Assembly: GCA_964350745.1 (NCBI GenBank)
Contig: CAYGKU010000016.1
Coordinates: 1 to 18,140, forward strand
DNA: 18,140 nucleotides
Direction: 5' to 3'
From: an uncultured Candidatus Saccharibacteria bacterium
Lineage (GTDB): Bacteria; Patescibacteriota; Minisyncoccia; Phycocordibacterales; UBA918
Positions 12,795 through 18,140 of the stretch are shown piece by piece; the stretch's first letter is position 1; every line of letters begins with the position of its first letter. The translations under genes were made by a program, and so were the position numbers. A model generated the notes under the pieces. The model searched no databases and was not told where the DNA came from. It worked only from the letters and a program-made list of their open reading frames with translations.

Positions 12795-14285
12795 ATGTGC
12801 GGAATAGCGACTATAATAGATAAAGATAACAAATGCTCAACGCCAATTGAGTCTTTATTGCAAAAAATTTGTCATCGTGGATTGTCTCAAAATGAAATTT
12901 TAAGATTTGAAAAAGTTTCTTTGGGAACAAACAGGTTGCCTATCGTTGACGAAGAAAATGCAGTCCAACCTGTTTTTAATGAGGACGAAACTGTGTTTGT
13001 TATTCAGAATGGGGAAATATTCAATCACAATCAAATCAGGATAAGTTTGAAAGACAAAGGCTATAATTTTAAGAGTGACTCAGATACTGAAGCCTTAGTT
13101 TATTTGTGGCAAGAATACCATGAAGAAATGGTCAGATATATTGATTCAGAAATGTTTGCTTTTGTTATTTATGACAGAAAAACCGATTCCGTTTTTATTG
13201 CTAGAGATCGTCTTGGTGTAAAGCCGTTATTTTATAGTGAGACTGAAAGTTGTCTTTTGTTTGCTTCTGAGATGAAATCTTTGAGTCATTTGGACGGTGT
13301 GTCAAAAATAGAGGAGTTTCCACCTGGACATTATTACAAAAATGGAGTGTTTACAAAATACTACGATTTAAATAAACATACGGAGGGAGATGAAATAGAA
13401 GGAGACGAAAAGGTCATTTTAGATTTATTAGAAAAGTCAGTGGCCAAGAGAGTAGATACAGATCTACCGATTGCGGTATTTTTTTCCGGAGGTGTAGACA
13501 GTTCTTTGGTAATGCATTATGCCAACAAGCATCATAAAGACGTAACAGCGTTGATATTGGGTGGTGATAATTCGGAGGATAGAAAATACGCGGAAGATCT
13601 TTGTCTTAATATGGGTTGGAAGTATAAGACTCTGGATGCGGCAGTTGATTACTCTAAAAATCTTGAAAATATTATCTATTACTTGGAGAATGACAACCCA
13701 AATGTTGTAAGGCATTCATTTGCCAATGACTTGATTTCTCGATTCGCAAAAGACTTGGGGTATAAAATCGTTTTGACTGGTGAAGGAGCGGATGAATTAT
13801 TTGGTGGATATAATGAGTTTTTTGATATTCCCACATCAAAGATAAACAAGGCTTGTAGGATATTGCTACAGTCAATGTCTTTAGGTAATTTAGCTAGAGT
13901 AGATCGATTGGCGATGAAGCATACGATAGAAACTAGATGTCCGTTTTTTGATAATGATCTACTAGATTATGGTCTCTCAATCTCTGGAGATAAAAAGAAA
14001 GGGGAAGAGAATGGTGAGGTTTATACCAAGCTTATCCTACGAAAGGCTGCTACAAGAGTTTTGCCTTATAAAATAGCGTTCAGACAGAAAGTTCCTTTTG
14101 CAAATGGGGCTGGTATGGATATTGGTTATAATTATCAAATTGGGGACGGAGTGTTGTCTAAAATTGCAAAAGGTAATAACATGACCGAGCAAGAAATGTA
14201 TACTCAAATTTATAATAGCTTTAACTACAATAAATTTAAAAAAGAAGAAGTGGTTGTAAAAGATAACTTGGTAAACTCTTTATAA
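12795..14285 (+). CDS. asnB: Asparagine synthase (glutamine-hydrolysing) family protein
   Basis: The MCGI N-terminus carries the Cys2 Ntn amidotransferase nucleophile. FFSGGVDSS is the PP-loop and LTGEGADELFGGY is present. The gene is noticeably more AT-rich than its neighbours. Confidence 0.85.
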   Translation: MCGIATIIDKDNKCSTPIESLLQKICHRGLSQNEILRFEKVSLGTNRLPIVDEENAVQPVFNEDETVFVIQNGEIFNHNQIRISLKDKGYNFKSDSDTEALVYLWQEYHEEMVRYIDSEMFAFVIYDRKTDSVFIARDRLGVKPLFYSETESCLLFASEMKSLSHLDGVSKIEEFPPGHYYKNGVFTKYYDLNKHTEGDEIEGDEKVILDLLEKSVAKRVDTDLPIAVFFSGGVDSSLVMHYANKHHKDVTALILGGDNSEDRKYAEDLCLNMGWKYKTLDAAVDYSKNLENIIYYLENDNPNVVRHSFANDLISRFAKDLGYKIVLTGEGADELFGGYNEFFDIPTSKINKACRILLQSMSLGNLARVDRLAMKHTIETRCPFFDNDLLDYGLSISGDKKKGEENGEVYTKLILRKAATRVLPYKIAFRQKVPFANGAGMDIGYNYQIGDGVLSKIAKGNNMTEQEMYTQIYNSFNYNKFKKEEVVVKDNLVNSL

Positions 14286-14374
14286 TAAATAACTTCTACT
14301 TGAAGTGAAGTGTCTTTTCAGGCATAATGCAGGAACTTTATTTTCCAAAAATATAGGCATCAGTCCACAAAAAT

Positions 14375-14459
14375 GTCCAGGTGGCGAAATTGGTAGACGC
14401 GCTACCTTGAGGGGGTAGTGGGAATTATTCCCGTGCTGGTTCAACTCCAGTCCTGGACA
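14375..14459 (+). tRNA. tRNA-Leu (anticodon GAG), class II with a long variable arm
   Basis: Acceptor GTCCAGG/CCTGGAC, D region GCGAAATTGGTAGACGC, anticodon stem CTACC/GGTAG with loop TTGAGGG, variable arm TGGGAATTATTCCCGT, T arm GCTGG-TTCAACT-CCAGT, discriminator A. No CCA is encoded. Confidence 0.9.
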
Positions 14460-14500
14460 CAAAATCAAGTCGGCGTTTAGCCGACTTTTTGTGTCCAGGA
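14451..14500 (+). terminator. 50-nt near-perfect palindrome that spans the last 9 nt of tRNA-Leu and acts as a terminator-like hairpin
   Basis: tcctggacacaaaa (14451-14464) pairs with ttttgtgtccagga (14487-14500). aagtcggc pairs with gccgactt around the loop gttta. A T run is present. Confidence 0.7.
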
Positions 14501-14603
14501 AGCAAGCAAATAGTTTTGCTTTCGTGCCTTTGTGTCGGGCGTAGCTATAATTTTGCTCCTTATCTAGAGCAAAATTAGGCGAGCCGGAGGAGCAAGTCGG
14601 CAT
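14491..14603 (+). repeat. Copy B of the structured repeat family
   Basis: gtgtccagga is an inverted copy of the tRNA-Leu 3' end. It is followed by aagcaaa-tagt-tttgctt (14504-14521), whose 16-nt core is identical to copy A. Then come ttcgtgcctttgtg, gggcgtag (14537-14544), an 11-bp hairpin taattttgctc/gagcaaaatta (14548-14577) and gcgagccggagga (14579-14591). The copy ends in caagtcggc (14593-14601), a direct repeat of 14466-14474. Confidence 0.75.
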
Positions 14604-14710
14604 TTTTTTATGCTCTTTAATTTAAAATTGGTTGGTGGTTTTAGATAATAAGCATTACACAACACTTTCCATATTCTCGTTTTTAAACCGGTGCGGTATT
14701 ATAGAAGGAT

Positions 14711-15646
14711 ATGACATGGTCATCTCTTAAAAAGACAGTGGTTATTCTTTTGGTGGCTGTTATTCTGGTACCGGCTTCGGTTTCTGCTAAAACAGTTGAG
14801 ATCGACACTTCTTCTTCGTTGTCTGAATACAGACAGTATTTGTTGGAAAGAATTGAAGAGTTGACCAACGAGGTGGCGAGACTTCAGGCGTTGTTGGATC
14901 AGAGGGAAGTTCAATTGGCTAAAGCTACTGATTACCAACTGACGGTATCCAAAAGGGTTGATAAGGAACCCTACGAGTCTCGGTTCTTCGATTTTGATTT
15001 TGAGGAAATTTATTTTGTGGACGGTGATGGTCTGGTGAATGCGGACAACACCGGACGGATCCGTTTGGTGGATAAGCAGATGTATGATCTGTTCGTGTCT
15101 GTGGTGGGGGAAGAGGCGGTGGAAGACAATGTAGAGGAGTGGCGAGTCTTTGAAAACAGGGTGACCAACACCGGAGCTTTTGTGGAATTGATGGCTGGTA
15201 CCGATGATTGGATCGTGGGAGTCAATCGTTTTGAGTTTGATATAGGTGATGAGATAGTAGTCACTTCTTTTACTGATCTTTTCATTCACGAGTATGCCCA
15301 TATTTTATTGGAGGATGAGTCTGAGTTTAGGCAGAAATTCACTGACACTTTTTGGACAAGGACAGATTTTAGACACAAGCGAAGAATAGAGAATGCGTCA
15401 GAGAAAGATCGTTTTAAAATAGCACACCAATATTATAAAAATAATAGTGACCGGTTTGTTACCGAATATGCCACGACCAACGAGGAAGAGGACATGGCGG
15501 AGACCTTTGTTGATTTTGTACTAAGAGATAGACCTAAGGGCAGCGATCTGGAAGACGATAAGATCAGGTTTTTCTATCAAAGTGCGCTCTTTATAAAGGA
15601 GAGAGCAAAGATCCGTTCTAATTTGAAAAAGCTAGATCTACTTTAG
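14711..15646 (+). CDS. Secreted protein with an HExxH zinc-metallopeptidase-like motif
   Basis: Signal-peptide-like N-terminus KKTVVILLVAVILVPASVSA, then a coiled-coil segment. FIHEYAHILL carries the HExxH motif, and EEEDMAETF lies about 65 aa downstream as a possible third-ligand Glu region. Confidence 0.55.
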   Translation: MTWSSLKKTVVILLVAVILVPASVSAKTVEIDTSSSLSEYRQYLLERIEELTNEVARLQALLDQREVQLAKATDYQLTVSKRVDKEPYESRFFDFDFEEIYFVDGDGLVNADNTGRIRLVDKQMYDLFVSVVGEEAVEDNVEEWRVFENRVTNTGAFVELMAGTDDWIVGVNRFEFDIGDEIVVTSFTDLFIHEYAHILLEDESEFRQKFTDTFWTRTDFRHKRRIENASEKDRFKIAHQYYKNNSDRFVTEYATTNEEEDMAETFVDFVLRDRPKGSDLEDDKIRFFYQSALFIKERAKIRSNLKKLDLL

Positions 15647-15754
15647 TCTCGGTGTAATAGTGAATTTTTTGCAGGTCTGTACAGGTAATTTGTCGGGTAT
15701 ATAATATATATGGGTATCGACCCAATTTATCAGTTCATTTAAGAAAACAACAAT

Positions 15755-16174
15755 ATGTCACTAATAAAATGGGAACCTTTTGATGAGCTTGATCGTGTTT
15801 TTCGCGACCTTAATCCAACGTTATCAGCTCGCGGTACACAGGTCGGTTTTGATATGGCGGTTGATGTTTATGAGGATGGAAACGATCTGGTAGCAGAAAT
15901 GAATGTGCCGGGATTGAAAGCTGATGATATTGATGTAGAGGTCGAGGATAGTTACTTGAGGATCTCCGGGCGACGAGAAGAAGTGCAAGAGAAGAAAGAA
16001 AAAAATCACTACGCCAAGGAGATCAAGCGCGGATCGTTTGAGCGAGTGGTGGCTCTGCCTGATATGGTAGAACAAGACAAGGTAACGGCCGAGTATGATA
16101 ACGGAGTCTTAAAGGTAACTATGCCAAAACGCGAAAGAACTCCTGATAAGAAAGTGAAGGTGCAGGTGAAGTAG
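15755..16174 (+). CDS. Hsp20/alpha-crystallin family small heat-shock protein
   Basis: The alpha-crystallin domain pattern is DVYEDGNDLVAEMNVPGLKADDIDVEVEDSYLRISGRR...FERVVALP...A.YDNGVLKVTMPK. Confidence 0.9.
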   Translation: MSLIKWEPFDELDRVFRDLNPTLSARGTQVGFDMAVDVYEDGNDLVAEMNVPGLKADDIDVEVEDSYLRISGRREEVQEKKEKNHYAKEIKRGSFERVVALPDMVEQDKVTAEYDNGVLKVTMPKRERTPDKKVKVQVK

Positions 16175-16205
16175 GTTTGCTCGCAAGAGGTAACGATGGA
16201 AGGTT

Positions 16206-16258
16206 AACAAAACACCCGCCCCGCCGGCGTAGCCGGCGGGGCGGGTGTTTTGTATTTT
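16206..16258. terminator. GC-rich bidirectional terminator between the convergent hsp20 and NUDIX genes
   Basis: caaaacacccgccccgccggc-gta-gccggcggggcgggtgttttg is a 21-bp perfect stem flanked by A and T runs on both sides. Confidence 0.85.
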
Positions 16259-16274
16259 TACTTTTCCATTAGGT

Positions 16275-16790
16275 TTAGTTTTGGTTTTGCAAATACTCTT
16301 CCAAATAAGTGATCTCACGTTGCAAGATAAAATGACTTTTGTAGTCAGAAGGGGAGCCGGCCTTGATCTTCTCCAAGGCTTCTTTTGCGGGAAGCCAAAT
16401 ATTTACAAGACCTTCATCGATCTCCGCTTGTTCCAGTTCCGGTTCACCGATCTCACCGATCAGGGTGGCAGTGAAGCAATATGAGATCTGGATCAGTTCG
16501 TATTGGTTGCGGTATTCGATTATCATCCCGAGTAGTTTTTCAGGGCGGCAGTCACAGCCAACCTCCTCTCGCACTTCACGCTTTAGGGCTTCTTCCAGAT
16601 CTTCTCCTTCATCCACGCTACCGCCGGGAAGTTTGTGGTAGTGATGATTACTAATGTGTTGCAGAGCGATATTTCCGTCTTGGTCCTTTAGGATAGTTCT
16701 GACATTCTTTCCCAGCTTGTATTTTGAGTTCAGTTTTTCAGCTTCACCGATCCCTAGGGACTTTTCTGATATTTCTGTTAGTAGTTTCAT
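16275..16790 (-). CDS. NUDIX hydrolase
   Basis: The Nudix box GSVDEGEDLEEALKREVREEVGC fits G-x5-E-x7-R-E-U-x-E-E-x-G-U. Confidence 0.85.
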   Translation of the reverse strand: MKLLTEISEKSLGIGEAEKLNSKYKLGKNVRTILKDQDGNIALQHISNHHYHKLPGGSVDEGEDLEEALKREVREEVGCDCRPEKLLGMIIEYRNQYELIQISYCFTATLIGEIGEPELEQAEIDEGLVNIWLPAKEALEKIKAGSPSDYKSHFILQREITYLEEYLQNQN

Positions 16791-16833
16791 ACAGGTGTCA
16801 GTATATCAGACGGCTGGTGGTTTTGTAAGAAAG

Positions 16834-17265
16834 CTAGAGTTTTACCTGATAGGTGCTTTTCAGGTCTTTAAGTCCGGCCTTGATCAACTTTTTTATGATC
16901 GTCAGATCAATTCCTTCCAGATTTTTCAGGTATAGACAGGATTTACCTAGTTTGTGAGGACCTAATTTTTCTAGTAACTTTGAGTAGTCTTGATAGCCGG
17001 GCATGATGTACAGGGTGGGGCCGGACTTGCGGATGGAAAAGCCGGTGGCCATGAATTGTCCTTCATCACCATTCTTGCGATGGTAGGTGTATTCACCAAA
17101 ACCAACAATGCTCGCTCCCCACATCTTGGGTTTAGCTCCGGTCACTTCTTTGAACAACTTCAGTAGGACCTTAGCATCCTTTTGCATTTCCTTAGGGGCG
17201 CTATTTATATAGTCGGACACACTATTGTCGTTTTGGCTGGTTTTGAGGTTTATTTTTTTAGGCAT
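16834..17265 (-). CDS. DUF1801 (YdhG-like) domain protein
   Basis: VSDYINSAPKEMQKDAKVLLKLFKEVTGAKPKMWGASIVGFGEYTY...GFSIRKSGPTLYI resembles the DUF1801/YdhG family pattern. Confidence 0.6.
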   Translation of the reverse strand: MPKKINLKTSQNDNSVSDYINSAPKEMQKDAKVLLKLFKEVTGAKPKMWGASIVGFGEYTYHRKNGDEGQFMATGFSIRKSGPTLYIMPGYQDYSKLLEKLGPHKLGKSCLYLKNLEGIDLTIIKKLIKAGLKDLKSTYQVKL

Positions 17266-17459
17266 ATGTAAATATTGTATGGTGTTTTATAAAAAAGATA
17301 AAGAACATATTGATTGGTGGTCAATTTGGGAGGAGGGTCATCAAGGCCGTATCAATTGCAAGGAAGTGAAGGGTGTTTTTTGGAGCATAAATTCAGAGAT
17401 GGACTGGGCGGTATTATTATGTATACTGAACAATAGTTTATCAAAATAATATCAATATC

Positions 17460-18140
17460 ATGATTGCGCAGAAAAAATACAGACGATCTTTATTATTTAT
17501 TTTTAGCTCCATTGTACTAATGGCTTCCTTGGCGTTTGCTTCGGTGGCGGAGGCGGCCTCAGTTTCTCATTGGGCGATGGATGAGGGTGGTGGAAATACC
17601 GCTTACGACTCGGTCTCGAACAACAACGCCTCTTTGCTAAAAGGAGCAAAATGGACTTCCGGCCAGTTTGAAGGAGCTGTTAAATTTGATGGTAGGAACG
17701 ACCACTTAAAAGTATCAGCCGATGCGTCACTCAACAATCTTGATTCCTTAGACTTAGAGCTATGGATCAAGCCGGAAAGCCTAGGTGAGAGAGGGCAGGG
17801 TTGGATCATCAGCAAGGCTAGAAATGGCGGAGCTTTACCAAACAGGGGTTGGTCACTACGCTTGAACAATAGTCCTGAGAACAGTTTAGCTTTCGCGGTG
17901 CATTACTCCGGTACCCGCCTTGAAGTGAAAACGGTAGAGAATAGTATTGAGCTCAATGAATGGAACAAAGTGAGAGTGACTTGGGATGGTAGTGAAGAAG
18001 CTGTTGGCGTGAAGATATATGTTAATGACGAAGAGGTGTCATATAGCAAGAGAAAGAATGGTGTGGGTAATAGAGTAAGTGATGCCAACTACTCAATGTT
18101 TATTGGTGCTGATCCACGAAAGAAGCGAAGCTTTAAGGGG
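17460..18140 (+). CDS. Secreted LamG / concanavalin-A-like lectin domain protein, 3'-truncated by the window edge
   Basis: This ORF is absent from the supplied track because it is open-ended. ATG at 17460 opens 227 codons with no stop. Signal peptide RRSLLFIFSSIVLMASLAFASVAEA. Then W.MDEGGGNTAYDSVSNNNASL.GAKWTSGQFEGAVKFDG.NDHLKV....L..L.....ELWIKP and WNKVRVTWDG....KIYVND, the typical Laminin_G_3 pattern. Confidence 0.75.
   Translation, partial: MIAQKKYRRSLLFIFSSIVLMASLAFASVAEAASVSHWAMDEGGGNTAYDSVSNNNASLLKGAKWTSGQFEGAVKFDGRNDHLKVSADASLNNLDSLDLELWIKPESLGERGQGWIISKARNGGALPNRGWSLRLNNSPENSLAFAVHYSGTRLEVKTVENSIELNEWNKVRVTWDGSEEAVGVKIYVNDEEVSYSKRKNGVGNRVSDANYSMFIGADPRKKRSFKG

Noticed and set aside
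12795-14285. The AsnB homologue as a lasso-peptide cyclase or other RiPP enzyme
   Set aside because: There is no adjacent precursor peptide, B-protein/PqqD-like protease or transporter gene. The intact glutamine-amidotransferase Cys2 fits an ordinary AsnB-type enzyme.
14280-14603. A 107-aa minus-strand ORF
   Set aside because: It is antisense to tRNA-Leu and repeat copy B.
391-14603. The repeated modules as a CRISPR array or integron attC sites
   Set aside because: The copies are kilobases apart, in both orientations, and not regularly spaced. No cas or intI gene is present, and I did not see the attC R'/R'' core sequences (GTTRRRY/RYYYAAC) at the ends.
15655-15670. TAGTGAAT (block-6 motif of the repeat family) upstream of hsp20
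   Set aside because: This is an isolated 8-mer with none of the other blocks nearby, which is compatible with chance.

Overview
This is an 18.1-kb bacterial window. The gene style suggests a small-genome Patescibacteria/CPR-like organism: short housekeeping genes, pilMNO, secreted LamG and HExxH proteins, an L19 with a low-complexity tail, and tRNAs with no encoded CCA. That assignment is inference only. The core blocks are DUF1697, ruvX, a tRNA-binding protein, YqaA-like and pilMNO plus an acidic membrane protein (781-5552); acyP, uppS, an RluA-family synthase and rplS (10267-12674); an AT-rich asnB (12795-14285); then an HExxH protein, hsp20, NUDIX, DUF1801 and a 3'-truncated LamG protein (14711-18140). 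There are four tRNA genes: Arg-GCG, Arg-TCT, Val-TAC and Leu-GAG. The segment at about 5.55-9.87 kb looks accessory. It holds three orphan genes (an ORC/STAND-like P-loop ATPase, a 144-aa orphan, and an alpha/beta-hydrolase-like protein with a Cys nucleophile elbow), separated by tRNAs and repeats. The most unusual signal is non-coding. At least seven copies of a conserved hairpin-rich module sit in ORF-free DNA, mostly directly behind tRNA genes. At three tRNA loci the tRNA 3' end is duplicated both inverted and direct around the module. No CRISPR array, transposase, integrase or rRNA is visible. All product calls come from motif recognition by eye, since no searches could be run.
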